A stretch of DNA of 64,000 nucleotides, taken from Trichoplax adhaerens (lineage: Eukaryota > Animalia > Placozoa). Shown here piece by piece: positions 25,601 to 39,733 of the stretch. How positions within the stretch are numbered: the stretch's first letter is position 1; every line of letters begins with the position of its first letter. The DNA lies in assembly GCF_000150275.1 (NCBI RefSeq), contig NW_002060945.1, positions 8,200,011-8,264,010 on the forward strand. Direction: 5' to 3'. A model generated the notes under the pieces. It did no database searches. It worked only from the letters and a program-made list of their open reading frames with translations, and had not been told where the DNA came from. The translations under genes were made by a program, and so were the position numbers.

Positions 25601-28600
25601 AAAATGTTTAATAAGATATTTATGAGAATATAAACTGATCTTGAAATAAATTCTTAGGCGAAACTAGCGCTGGAAAATCTTCATTGCTAAACTATCTGCT
25701 TGGCTTTGATTTATTACGGAATCATACACTAAGTTGTACGAATAGAATATGCGAAATAATGTACGGAGAAGAGCCAAAAATTAGCATAATAAACGTTAAT
25801 GATGATAGTCAACTCTTTACTAGAAGTTGGACACTGGATGAAAAAGATATTGCTAAAAGAGAAATTCAATCATTGACAGCAGAAACAGGTCTTATACAGG
25901 GCTCCAACGAAAGCAAAGAAATAAAAATCGATGGTATTGCGGCAAATATATTGGTTAGGATTTATTGGCCATCAGAATTTTTAAAGGTAACCTACAAACA
26001 ATTCTTACTTTCAAGTGAAATAGGATTATGATTATTGTGGGAATATTTAGCTAATAACTTGTCCAAAGACATCGAGTGATCTAATTCTGTATTCTTTAGA
26101 GAATATTATTTCGCATGGAGACTTATAATGCGGCAGAGTATATCTTATTCTGTATAAGTTTACTAAATAATAATAAAGTTAAACCTACTGAGACTTAAGA
26201 TAAAAATCTGCTTTTAGTACAATATTTAAAACGTTCATCTAAGCTAGTTTATAATAATAGAGCAGTAAAACACGCGATACTATCTCTAAACTTCTATGAT
26301 TTCTATCTAAATCAAATCATCAAAGGTTCTCCTTATACGTGCTCGATGCTTACATCGAGTTAGTAAATAATTTTCCCCGTAAATACTTGTATGATTGCAA
26401 GCATGAAAGATTGAATTATTAATTGCTTTACGCTATAGAGTCATGGGAATTGCAGTATGCTATTATTACCTCTTTAATTCAAAAATCCGTCATTTTGCAA
26501 AATAAATATATTTTAGAGTGGCTTACAAATTGTCGACAGTCCAGGAATTGGCGAAGAAATTGAGAATCCGAAAGCCTTGAAAAATTATATCTTTAAAGCT
26601 GTTGCCTACATTATTGTCATTAATGCTGCTAATGCTGGAGGGATTCAGGAGGAAAGGGTAAAGTACATGTCGTACTATATATACGTTTTGCATTGAGGGA
26701 GGCGATTTGTTTAATGGTCTAACTAATGTCTGATCACGGCTTTCTTCAACACAATTATACTTAGCTTCAACTATTACTACAACAAATATCGGGCGTACTG
26801 AGACAGAGTGGTTATTTTAATCCCTCTATGGCTCTATTCATATGCAATAAGTGGGATTCTGTAAATTCTACTGAAAGAAAGGAGGTAAAAGCTTACAGCT
26901 TAAAAAAACTAAGAAAGTATTGGGCTGGAATAAAGGAGTCTCAAGTAATCTTCCTCTCTACCAAAGAGTTATTAACGGCTAGAGCATGTAATGAAGATGT
27001 ACTAATTCCACCAGAAGCTGTACAACTATTTGAAAGGCTTAATGTCATGGTTCCACTTAGCCGTCAACAACAGTTATTTAAAATTTATTGGTAGGTCACA
27101 AGCAAAATTAAGATTAGTGAAAACGTGCTAAGATATACCGTATAATTGTTTATCGGTACATGTTGGAATTTACAACAGTATTGCTGTATTTAAACACTTT
27201 AATATTATGTTTTCGCCTTTACTTTTAGCTCAATGGTTGCTCCCGTTGAAGGAGTGCTGGAAACGTGTAGAAGCTATCTTATGAAAGCACAATTAAAAAA
27301 GGACAATCGAAAAAAAGCTAAATTTATGCTAAAACAGTTACAAAACATTATTAAAGAGTCTTCTAAGGAATTAGCAAAGAAAAAGAATGCATTAATTAAT
27401 GATAGTGTGAAAAGATATCAGGAATTTGTTCAAGGTTTGAATAATGATTCTATAGTCAATTGGTCAAAAAATGACCTTTTAGACGAAGAATTAGAAGAAA
27501 ATGATTCGAAGAAATTACAAGAAAATGTTGTTAACAAAGTTACGCAACGATTAAATTGTCATCTGAAATACATTGCTACAGAAATACAAAAAGATCTTTG
27601 GGTTGTTAGAGAATTGTTACGAAAAGAATATATTACTAGGCTTAATAATGTTACTGATCAATCACAATTTAACTTGATTGAAACTAGTGGTGTCGAATTT
27701 AGTACTCATGTTGACAATTTCTACTTAGACGAAACATTTAAATATTCTATAATATCACAATCATATAAATTACGCGATATATGGCCTAACACGATCACGA
27801 GTAAAGGCTCTCCACTACATTATTTTGGGAAATCGCAAAATCGATTAGAGATTCAGAAGTTTAAAGAAAACAAAACTGAAATATTGCAACAGTATACACT
27901 AATGATTCTTGAATATATTGCTTCAGATAATTTTGCGGAAAAATTAATTATTAAAAAATTTTATTCCTTAATAACTGCCTTACTAGATAATGTGGAAAAT
28001 AGCGTATTAGAATCTTCACAGCGTAAAATTAAATTTATCAAGAAAATTTTGGCCGATAAATCGGATAAAGAAATTAACAGAATTTATCTACCAATTAAAG
28101 ATGAAGCTAAGAAACAATTGAGAAAATTGCATAAATTTTATTTACAACATTTAAGCGAATCAGCGATTAAATTTGAAGATCTGCAGGAATGTCATACAGA
28201 ATCTGCTCCATTATCTGTCGGTTTAAAAGTAAACTTATATCGGAAGAAGCTGTGTGAAAATGATACAGTAAATAACGTAATTATTCAAGCTCCGGTTAAT
28301 GAGTCAATGCATGATATGCAAGATTTTATTAACGACTGCTATATCATCAGGTAACTCATGAATATTTTTATAACATAATAATTTTATGAACAGTAAATCT
28401 AATTTTCCTCACGTGCATTACCATACATTTATTGACGGGTGTTCAAACTACTGCTATGTTGCATTTGATATATCTTTAAATTTCTCATTATAATTAGCAC
28501 ACTAGAATCCAGGAATATCGCAAAATTTCTAGGTATTTGCTATGTTTCATCCCCAGAAATAACGGCTATTGGCATTTTTGAAGATTGCCATGAAACTTTA

Positions 28601-29520
28601 TATGAGCTAATCCTATATAATCAAACTATTATTGGTGAAAATGATGCAGCTATTACTCGATTGAATAAGATTTATTCCTTTGTTATCCAAATTATACAAG
28701 GAATTAAGTATTTACATGAGAACGACCTAATTCATGGACATTTGACAGCCGGAAATATTTTGGTAAATTGTATAGCAAATTATAATTACAATTTTTTAAA
28801 TATAGGGTATCATAGTTATTCAATATATTTGATTTGCAAATTATTTTAAAGAAAAAGCCGTCATCAGTTCTATAGCAAAACATATGTTATAATTAAATTT
28901 CTCTAATGAAAACAAAATTATTAATTAATTAATTATTTACGTTAGATTTATCGACGAAAAGATCACTATAAAATAAAGCTGTGCCATGCAATAAAGCATT
29001 GCACAATCTACCCGAATGTTCAATTCGAGAAATCAATAATCCATTATTTAGGACCAGAAGTCTTAAAAAGTAATTACATGAATGTTTATTAACGTATTAG
29101 CTTAATCATAGACCTAGAAGTATTAGAATAATAGCTGCAGTGCTCTAACTCCTTATATAAACCGAATATATTTAATAATTCTCTAATAATCAACCTATTT
29201 CTCCTCCTCCGGGCATTTCACTAAATTTAATTAATTTTATTTTAGATCACAGCTTTCAAGAAGCTTCAGATATCTACAGCTTTGCGGTGTTATTCTGGGA
29301 GATATGGTATTGGAAATTGATAGCTAATCTGTTTAACTGGAATATTTATACTGATTATGACGAAAAAAAGAAGTACTTATTTGCAGCAAGTGCATTAATT
29401 CCTGAATTTCATGAAAATATGCTGAATATATGTGTCCAATCCCTGTCTGCTAATCCTGACGATAGACCGACTATAAATTTCTGGGAAGAAAAGCTAGATG
29501 AAGCTGCAAAGTTACACTAA
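22608..29520 (+). CDS. B2: dynamin-like GTPase-pseudokinase fusion, ~993 aa, intact
   Basis: Exons 22608-22620, 22866-23038, 25298-25511, 25658-25986, 26517-26657, 26765-27090, 27229-28350, 28498-28762, 28946-29069 and 29246-29520 total 2982 nt in frame, with intron phases identical to B1. Motifs: GETSAGKSS, DSPGIGE, CNKWD, IHGHLTAGNIL, IKLCHA, YLGPEVL, SDIYSFAVLFWEIW. Confidence 0.86.
23230..23700 (+). repeat. B2 intron-2 segment duplicated in the B2 3' flank (~29725-30110)
   Basis: attcagtatcccttaa..acaagaacttagatgcctttgcttcta and atgtccattcacaga.tcatttcag.acac occur colinearly in both places. Confidence 0.8.
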
Positions 29521-32500
29521 TATTATGTATCATATTGTATGGGCGATTTACAGAAGAATAAATGTAATTCAATGGCGATACATGCGTAGTAGTAGTTTAT
29601 GTAATAAGGCTTAATTTTTAGAATTCTCTTTCGAGCTTTTCTTATTTTAATAAATATTTGTCACAAACCAGTTTCGTGACAAGGATAACGTAAAACAAAT
29701 CTCTAAATTACGATAGTCTTCCGGAATTCAGTATCCCTTAACTACCTAACAAGAATTTAGACGCCTTTGATTCTACGTTAAAACAATTATACAATTGAGA
29801 ACTGCTTTATTCAACTATCTGACGGGTTTATATACCCTTCTACAGCAGCTAACATTCACAAGTCATCTTATAAAAATACTTGGGTGAGAACATCTACTAA
29901 CTAGTTTTTCACAGTCGGACTACAATATGTCCATTCACAGAATCATTTCAGCACACATTACAGCACAGCAATAAATTTACTGTAACACATTTATAATTAG
30001 AGTAATTCCTATTGTAAGTAACTAGTTGTAATATAATATCACTATATTATATTAACCAAATTTAGATATCTATTTCTTCACGGTAGTTCGCACCGTGACA
30101 TGTAGCTGTAAAAATAACTTGATTAGGTTTAATTTAGTATCGTAACATATTGTAAACCTGACTTCTATATTCAGGTTAGAACTTCAGAATATTCTATAGC
30201 ATAATTTTGATAAGAAAATCACGATGTTAGATTGTAATTTATATGACATATTTAGTTAGTACAATACTCATGCTTTAATTATGATAAAAAACTTGTAGCC
30301 AACTTTGATTACAGAGTACAGTAGAAGTAATGTTATTTAGTTATTGAATACAGTGTAAACCCAAATATATTGATCTGGATTCTAATTTAATATTATTAGT
30401 TTGTCTTAGTATTTTTAGGTTTATGTTATATACCGTAGATAAGTAGAATTTGTAGATTTAGTTATGCTGGGAATCTACAGTACAATTTATCTGGTCATAT
30501 AAGTTCAATTGCTAGTTATATTTGGAATACTTTAGAATAATAATTTGATAGTTTGATACCGTCAACTGCTGTAAATGCAAGAAATTCGTAAGATTTGCAT
30601 GGACGTTTGTAAAATATAAGACTGAAACGTAGACCTGATAATAATTTCGATAATTAATTGTAGAAATAATCTCGAGGTCTAGAATCGTCTAAAGAAAATA
30701 TCGTAACAATGCTTGAAAATGCACTTAAATACTCTCTAACATAGATAATCCAAATTATACAATGTTCAGCATGAGCAATTTACATTTTAATAAATTTAAC
30801 TAAATTTCTTCTACTTAGCCGTAGTGTTGCCCCAAAGTAGCTTACGGTTAGAACTACAATATTGCGCTTTTTACATTAGAATAACAATTCTTGACCTTCT
30901 ATCTTCTTAGTTAGCTAGTAGCTACACGTTAAACTTGCACACTTTATCTTTTCTTTCTTATAATGGCTACCACCTTGTAATGAAACTTAGTATTATGAAT
31001 GTAGACTTTTAGCTATGTTTAGTAAGATGTACGGAAGCGCAACTTTCTATATTTATCTTAAAACGTATTTGGTAGCTCGCTACTATGGCTGCTAAGAATA
31101 ATATATACGGAAATACTGTAATTGTTTCCATATCGAATTCATGATGGTCCGCAGTAAAATGTTGTTGCTAACAATAGTTTGACTATGTGTAAATTATTGT
31201 AGATTGCTGCTATGCTAATTGTATCTGCGAAGGCTACGCAGAGCATAAAAGCAGGAGACATTAGATTGTCTAATTATTCTTTCTAGAAGTCTTTCAGTAG
31301 TTCTATTCGGCTAGAATAGAGCTGTATGTAGCTAGTCTTTATATTAGATCTAATAAAGTTCTAATTTTCTACTACTTGGAATATTCATGATCGGATTTTA
31401 TCTCACGCCTAGGTCGTGTTATCTACCCTCGCTGTAGTCTTACAAATGGTATACTTTCAAATACTGACTGCAATAAAAGCTACTACCGATATTTTTCATA
31501 TTAATGCTTCGTAATGTCATACTGTTATAACAAATTTGCAATCTTTCGAAATATTATACCTGCCATTTTACTGTATTTATATAATAATTCGGTAGATAAA
31601 GTGATCCAGGAAATAAACGAAGCTTTACAGGATATTAAAGTTTTTTGCATAATAATTCTAAGACATTTTAAAATTATCAGCATAAAAATTCTTATGCTAA
31701 CATTGAAATTAGTTATTAAACGAAATGTGCTGACCATCTACTGCAAGCTAATCATAACTTATTAATGTACTTCATCAAGCCTAATGTACTCTATCTTAGA
31801 AACCTTCTGATTTAGCTTTACTAAAAATGCTAGCAATAAATTGTTTTTAATAAATCATGAAAGCTTTAATCAATTTCCAGATTCTCGAAACGAAATTTTA
31901 ATCTCAATTCATACTCACAATTAATAAGGTATTTCAAATAGCCTTAGTTTCCATTTTTAAAAATAGTCTTTTAAATCGTAGTGATATGCTATCGCCATGT
32001 TAAAATAGCAATTTATATTCGAACTGTATATTATAAATGTAGAACGAATCTGCCCAATGCAGGCAATCGTATACGATATGTAAAAGCTAAAACAACCTAT
32101 AAACTTCGATCGAAGGTAGCTCTTGGGATTCATTACGAAATACGCAGTAAATGATACTGTGCAAGTATGAACTATTAGAATACTCGACATCAGGATAATC
32201 GCTTTATGCAGCGATTTAATTTGTAAAACACTTTAACTTATCGTAATCCATTTCCGCTGAGCAAAATATATACAGAAAACTGAATACATTAGTAAGCTTA
32301 CTCGATGGAGCGATTATTGGCTCCGCTAGTTAACAATATTCATTATTTAAATATAAATTACGTCTTTCAACAGTATAGAGAACATAACCTATGAAAAGCA
32401 CTAAAACAGAACAGTAATCCTAAATCAAAACCCAGATCAAAATCAAAGGTCCGATCAAAATGTATAGTTTCATATTCATTTTTGTTTTTGCAAAGTAACA

Positions 32501-33411
32501 GAACATCTACTGTATTTTTTAATTACAGTTAACAGCAAATTTTATCGCAATTAAAGCACCAATATTATAATAACTGAATGCATCGGTTAAAATTGTAATC
32601 TTACAATTTAGGATACCATTTAATAAAATATCTTACCTGATATTATTAAATTCTAACATGAATAAGGTAGCCAGATTCACTATGTGCACATATACAAAGT
32701 AAATTATAGTGTAATTAGAATATACTGTAACTATATTTTACTCTTAAATATAGACATGTTGTATTTATCTTATATTTAGACATATCTACAGTCCGCTTAC
32801 TTCACATTCATATATAGGCTACTTTACAGTATTTAGTTATTACAGTCCTCGCTGTTTGCTACAATCGTCAGCTATGTTGTAACCTGTTATGGTATATGTT
32901 GTATCTAATTCTACAATCCTATTCTCTGCTTGTGCTCTATCTTTAAAACTATAAATACCGCCGTTTTCCACCTCAGAAATCGTTAGTTTCCTGGTTAGTC
33001 TTCACACGTTACTCACGACAGCTTGCACGCTGGTCTACCGTAACTACCTCACTGTACTTACTTTACTACTTAAAATAAAGTATATTTTTTATACAACTTT
33101 TGGTGTACTAATTGTAAATGGCAACTAAATCTCAATCCTCCAAGATATCGAACCCTCCATCACATTTCATTAGTTGAATATTATAGTAATTAAAAACTTA
33201 TCAGGACGGCAAATGAGTTTGAGGCTACTAATAATACAATATTAGTAGATTTATTAACTATTGTACTCGAAAAATTTCGCTACGTTTAAAAGGTTGATAT
33301 GAGGCTAGCAGTTGTCTTAATTATCCTATCCCAATTTTTGAAATGAACATAACATTTGGCAGTATATCTTTGTCTTACACTTTTAACTCAGTACTTCTTA
33401 TTCTATATTAG

Positions 33412-33677
33412 ATCGTAACTATGTGAAAGCTTCAGATATTTACAGCTTCGCAATGTTATTTTGGGAAATTTGGCATTGGAAATCGATAACAGATTTGTTT
33501 GACAGGAATATTAATACTGATCAGGGTCCAAAAACAGACGATTTATTTACAACAAATACACTTACCCCGAAGATTCCTGAAAACTTATATACTACTTGCT
33601 TTAATTCCATAGCGACCAATCCTAAAGAAAGACCGGATATTCCATTTTGGCATGATATACTTTCAAGTGCTAAATAG
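33412..33677 (+). pseudogene. B3: orphan last exon (kinase subdomains IX-XI) of a class B gene
   Basis: A tag acceptor is followed by RNYVKASDIYSFAMLFWEIWHWKSITDLFDRNINTDQG...NPKERPDIPFWHD, very similar to B1 exon 10. No upstream class B exons were found between 29520 and 33411. Confidence 0.82.
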
Positions 33678-34225
33678 TTCCATAATTTATTGCAAAATAT
33701 CAACAGTTTCACACGGCAAATACGAGAAATTCATAAGATTTTCATAGATGATTTACGAAATATACGTTGTCTTAATTGCAATTCTAGTATTTAGCGGAAG
33801 CCACAAATGCTAGGTCTAGAATTGCCAGAATCAATTTCGTAAGGAGTTTGCGCTTACACTTACTTTTATACGTATATTTTACTTTAGCGTAGATAGTCTA
33901 AATTGCGCAATGTTTAGCATGAATCAGTTACACATTTTATTCCAGCAAATTTACAACTAAATTTTTTCATGTAGCCAAAGAGTAGTCCTAAAATAATTTA
34001 AGTTTAAATCTGCAACGCTTTGCTCTCTACATTCTATAGGTAATTCCTAATCTTCTATCTTGTTAATTAACTGTAGTTTTTACATGGTAAGTTTGCACGC
34101 TTTAATTATTCGACTTTACTATAGCTATCTGATTTAGTCTCGTCATTTATCTACGGTGTTATCTAAGACGATATCCCCTTAAAACTTTAATTGCAATAAA
34201 AAATATTACTCCTATTAATCCTTCG

Positions 34226-34289
34226 TAATTTCTTGCTATTATATCGGATTTACAATCATAATTTCTTGCTATTACGTCGGATTTACAAT
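34226..34289 (+). repeat. 33-bp direct tandem duplication (2 copies)
   Basis: taatttcttgctattatatcggatttacaatca / taatttcttgctattacgtcggatttacaat. Confidence 0.85.
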
Positions 34290-36266
34290 AGGACTATCTC
34301 TGGACTATATCTTACAGCAAAAGCTCACAGTTTATATATCCTTTGTTACAGAATGAATCGTGCACATTACAATCATATCTTGGCAATTAAGTCGCAAGAT
34401 AACAGTTTATCATCTCGCGAGCTATTCATTATTCACGCATCTAATTAAAGCGCGGTAATGCAACTCTCACAGTAATAACATAATTAGCGCTATCTATTAT
34501 TATCATGAAATCTTAATATCAAGATCTCAAAAGTATCAAGACAGTACGTATTGTAAACCTCGTCTACAAATAGATATCTTCAAAATCATATAATCTAACA
34601 TACGAGAACTACTACTCTCGTACAGTCTTATAAACACAATTCAAGCTATATTTGGGGCTGCATTACGACATCGCTTAGTGTCTAATGTGCCATCAAGTCT
34701 TAGAATCTATTGCTATCGAAAAATTGCAGCATAAATGTTGCGATTTGATCAGCGTAATAATCAATAGCTATTTTAATATCTTTGTGATAATCTTGGTTTC
34801 CTGCAACGATTTCAGCTGCTAATATCCTATTTATCAGACTGTTTAAGTAGGAGATAAGACCATTACGAACTAAGTAGGAGCAATTCGTTATAGGTTGGTA
34901 CAGATGGGTCTAAACCTTCACTTTGCTGTTAAACCAAGTAAACATAATAAATACAAGACAATCACTATTAATACCTAACCTATATCCATTTTAAATGTAA
35001 CTATGGTATAAAATGATTGCGAATACATTACTTGTCACCAATATGTGTGTATAATTCTGTAATAAAGATACACCAGAGGTATTTCCGGGTCTCATTTTAT
35101 CTCTAGCTACTAATTTACGCGTAATTCATATTCTAAACCGTACGCGATTATAAAAATAAGATTACAACAAAAGCTTGAATCATTCCGCAATAAGAATTAT
35201 GCGGAGCGATGTTTCAAGAATGCAACTTAATGCATAATTTAATAACTGGATTAAAACTAAAGCCAGAAGACAAAGTCTTGAGTTTGGTGAAGAGGCGTAG
35301 AGAATCAAAATTTATAGATTTCGATTTTTTAAAACGCCTCTTTAAGAAAATCTAGATTTTTACATAGATACTCCTGATCTTCTAAACTATAATAATCACT
35401 ATAGCATAAACGGATGGGTATCACTGCACTTATTAACCGAACATACATTGGTACACATAAGAGGTTTCTATTTTTATTATAAAAAGAAGAAATAGCAACA
35501 GATATCATTACATTGCCAAAAAATCGCAGTCTTCATTATGTTTAATGTGTACATTGTAGTTCAGCAAAGCAGCTAATTAGTTTAATTTAATAATGCCACT
35601 TGAAATACTACGACAGCACCAGCGAGAGTTATCATAACATACAAGAAATTGATCAAATATTATTCTATAATATACCGTAAATGTGATGTTTTAAGGCCCT
35701 TATTAAGAAACTGCAGTAACTATAAAATGAATCTAAAACGATGCAAATATTTTTTATTTACAGTACGCGTATCTCTCTACTTATAGTTATTTAGACCTAA
35801 CTCATGTGATAATATTGCATATAGTTTACTCATACTAGAATTAAACGATAAGAACATAGCAGTTTTACAATGATATTAAAACGAAAATTGATTCTTCCTT
35901 CTATGACTGCAATATAAGTAGCTGGTGATTGAAAAATAAAGACTTAAATCATAATCGAAATTATAATTTGAGTATGCTAACTCAGCATGCTACGTAAATT
36001 TGAAAGACTTCAATCGTATCCACAAGGGTAACTATGACAAAATATTGATGGACCGGTATCCTGTATGGTATTCTACGAGTGTAATACTTACCAGAGCATT
36101 AAAAAGATTAAAAGATGCCGAACATCCTAGAGACTTCTGCTAATTACTGTAATTGCATACTTCTAAAGTATGGTAGTAGTGTGGATTAAAAAACTGTGTT
36201 ACACGAAATAGTTGATTGTGCCTAATAGAGTAATTATGGATTGTGGCTGGTTTGATGAAATAGTAT

Positions 36267-39200
36267 TCAAGTATTTTTGGTATAACTTGCGCGGACATTA
36301 TCTATCTCTACCGTAAGTTTCTCAATATCTTCAATCTTACGAACTACAGAATCATTTGATTGAGGATTTCTTTTAGTAACTTCCATAGCGAAATCTTCCT
36401 TTTTCTCTAAACCCTGAAGTATTTGCTTTTGTTTGCTCTTAATTGACTTTCTAATTGGCTCAGCATAAGCCCAAGCCATTTTATTTTCATCTACGTCGGC
36501 TAATTCTGTAACAAGTTTAGGCGTCCAATGTTGTAATATATGTAAAACTTTCAGCTTTTGTCTTTTAATTCTATTTTTAGACCATATCACGTCAGATATT
36601 TTAGCAATAATTGCAGAAATTCCAGCAGAGGTTAACCCTACAAGCGAGAAAATGTTTCGCCATGATCTCTTTTCTCTAAATGGCGAAGAAGTCATATGGA
36701 AATCATAATCATCGCTCAATTCGTGGTCATCCAATTTGAATACATTATCGAAGTTCTTCAATTCCCGTAAAATGTAATCGTAATATAAATTCATACATTC
36801 TCTTATTTTTTCAGAAAAGTACTTAAGTGGGATACATTCTTTTTCCCAGAACGTTAATAGACGCTCAAATCGATCCAAAAATAAATTGTAGGCAACGTCT
36901 GTGATATTAGTAACTCGTCCCCGAATTGGAATATCTTCTAGTTTCCAAGATATCATGCCAGTTTTAAATTTATCGCTTTGTAAAAAGTCGTTTAAAGAAT
37001 TGGCAATTTCTTCGACTCCTACATCAAATGTTTTATCAATATCTATGTGGAAATCTTGATTTTCTATGACCTTCTTAGCTGATTGAACACTATTTTTTAT
37101 CGCACGTAAGTGAGTCATCCGATCAGCAGTATTTAAGGAATTTAATTTAGCCATCGTTTTGTAACCTTTCTTGACCTCTTTCAGAATCGAATTCATCTCA
37201 CTTATAGATATACAACAAGTAAAAAACACCTATTAATAGGATACTTACTATATCCATTTCGATATTATACATGTTCTTTGAGAATAGCTTTATTGACATA
37301 TGCTGAGTACGATTAATTCAAAAATATTAACTTGCATAGTTATTTGATTAAGTAGGAAATACATAGAGTATTTAATTAAAAAACGCCCGATACCTGCTAT
37401 GAATCAATGTTATCTTCTTCAGACTGTCTTCTATTAGTTGAGAAATAAGTGAATAAACTGCTACCAAATCGTCCGATATGTATCCTGCTTCAAAATGACT
37501 TTGTGTCTCCTCAGTTGATAAAAATAATAGTTGTGAATCGCGAAATCCAGGCCAAATTGTTTTCAGCTTATCTTTAGTGTCTTTTTCAACCGTACTTTTT
37601 TCTGCATCTGGGACCTCATCCCATTTATTGCAGATAAAAATAGCTGATTCCGGAGAGAATTTGTTGAATTTTTCCTTCTCTACATTTCTCATTGTGCTAG
37701 TAAGTCTCACAAGCTGTGAATCAGCGAAAACATCTGTTATCTTCGATAGATACCGGAACTTAGATTATAATCACTTCGTATTAAATCTGATTATTTTAAA
37801 AGCTTACTCGATCTGTATGTATACCACCAGCATTTGCAGAATTGATGACATAAATAATTGAGCATGCCTTGGGTAAGTACTTTTCGATTTGCTGATTTGC
37901 TAAAGATGTTTCCCCAATTCCTGGGCTATCTGCTACGAATATACCGGCCTAATTCAATTTAGAAAGAATTCCGTATAAACTATTTCTGTCCATGTTTGCT
38001 AAATCACAATAAAGGGTATTGGTAACTGTAATAATAACCAGCTAATACCATCTAATAGATTAATATTTTTTGAATGTCTAGAAAATAAACTAAACAGTAT
38101 TATAGTTGCATAATTAAACGTTCCATTAGTCAAATGTTGAATTTTTTCTCATTTGCCTTACACTACTCCGATCACTGTTCTTATCAAATTCAATCGCACT
38201 AGACAAACCTTTAAAAAATTAAAATTCCAATAAATTTCGAGCTTTCCAGTTGTTAATTGTGTATCATCCGAATCCTCATCAGCAGATTCATCATCTGTAG
38301 AGACAGATAATTCGGGTATGTCTTCAATGCCTGTATTGACTTAATCTAGTAGAGAAATCCTTGATATTTACCTGCTATATTTGTGAAAAAATTTTTCTTG
38401 CCTATCGATCTCATGGCTTCTTTAATCTTTGATTTCATATCGTGAGCATCTTTAATTTGAGTTATTTGTTCTAATTGTTCCAACTTTTTATTAACTGGAT
38501 TCCAAGCAAATGGCTTTATGCAAGCATCTGTCGAATAATATAATTCGCATATACATGTTGTTGAATGCAAATGACTGGCAGTTAGCAAGGATTCGCCTAG
38601 GATTAAATTAATAAAGCTGCTCTTTCCAGCGCTTACTTCTCCTAAATTCATATACAAGTAAAATGTTAGCTATCATCAAAACCGTAATGTATTTGAGAGA
38701 GAATCCACTATGCAGGATAAAATTAAGCAACTATTATTCAATCGACTTGACGCAACTAAACTGACAGAAGATAAAGTTTATCGTTAAATGGTACAGCTTA
38801 AATAGTTTACATGCTAAATCATATACAGTTAGCTACATTTTTGCATTGCAGTATTATTTAATATTTTATCGAAAAAGGATATTATTAACTATGGTCCATT
38901 CTAAATACTGCGTAGGTTACATTTGTTAGTGGAGACCAGGTAAACATAAAAAAACGGAATAAATCGTTACGCTTAAGCACATAATTGGCCACTTTAGCAA
39001 GTATTGCAAACTGTATGCATATTGTTTCTAAATGCGAATTACATATAATAAATGCCTGAATAATGTGTTGTTGCGGATTATTAGCAATAAATGACTACTA
39101 TATTGTTATAGTAAAAGATTAGCTATTTTTGATAGACCTGCAACAAGTATTGGATATTCCATGTCGCGTAATTTGCTAATATATTTGCCTATGTTTTGCA

Positions 39201-39733
39201 GATAGTGGCGATGCTCATCATTTGCATTGACTATATTAGCAATCTCTGGTTCTAATTTTTGAAAGATAAGCTGATTTGCTGTTTCTAATATACTGATTAA
39301 CTGTATCTTTATTTCTTCAAATTTGATAATGGCGTTTTTGATCCTTTTGTAAGACTGCAATCATAAAGAGAGATTAACTTAAAAATCAGATTTTCATCAA
39401 TAAGAATAGTGATGTTTTAATTCAAGTCTTGTAAACCTTCGTCATAATAAATGATACTTTAATCATGGAATACAAATATAGATGATATAAATAATTTAGT
39501 AAAACAATACAGATTGTGGAAAAGATAGATTTATTCGAATAAATAGTAAGTCTTACGTTGGAGTCTTTATAATTCCTCACTGTTTGATTTTTTCTAAATA
39601 AATCTAATCGGTATCTAAAATCTCGCAAGTTTCTTAGTCCTTTTATACTGACTCCGTACTCTTTACAGATAATTCTGCCGCTCTTTAATTCGTTTATTCC
39701 TTCAATTTGACTTTGAGTTATAGTAGATGCCAT
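36267..39733 (-). CDS. A2: class A dynamin-like GTPase with shortened hydrophobic segment; exon 3 carries a frameshift and stop unless a 41-nt intron (38371-38331) is spliced
   Basis: Exons 39733-39557, 39354-39138, 38641-38209 (interrupted), 37948-37808, 37713-37394 and 37200-36267. GEVSAGKSS, ADSPGIGE and CNKWD are intact. A stop occurs at 38348-38346, and the homologous ...DSDDTQLTTGKLEIYWNFNFLK continues in another frame. Confidence 0.7.

Noticed and set aside
31514-32190. Short ORFs in intergenic DNA (also 1764-2022, 3669-4076, 5896-6087, 11648-11899, 23413-23622, 54164-55754, 58300-59001)
   Set aside because: Low-complexity I/L/F/Y-rich translations typical of AT-rich non-coding DNA. 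Several lie in introns or duplicated non-coding blocks.
34226-34289. CRISPR-like repeat
   Set aside because: Only two adjacent copies with no spacer, in a eukaryotic context. It is a simple tandem duplication.
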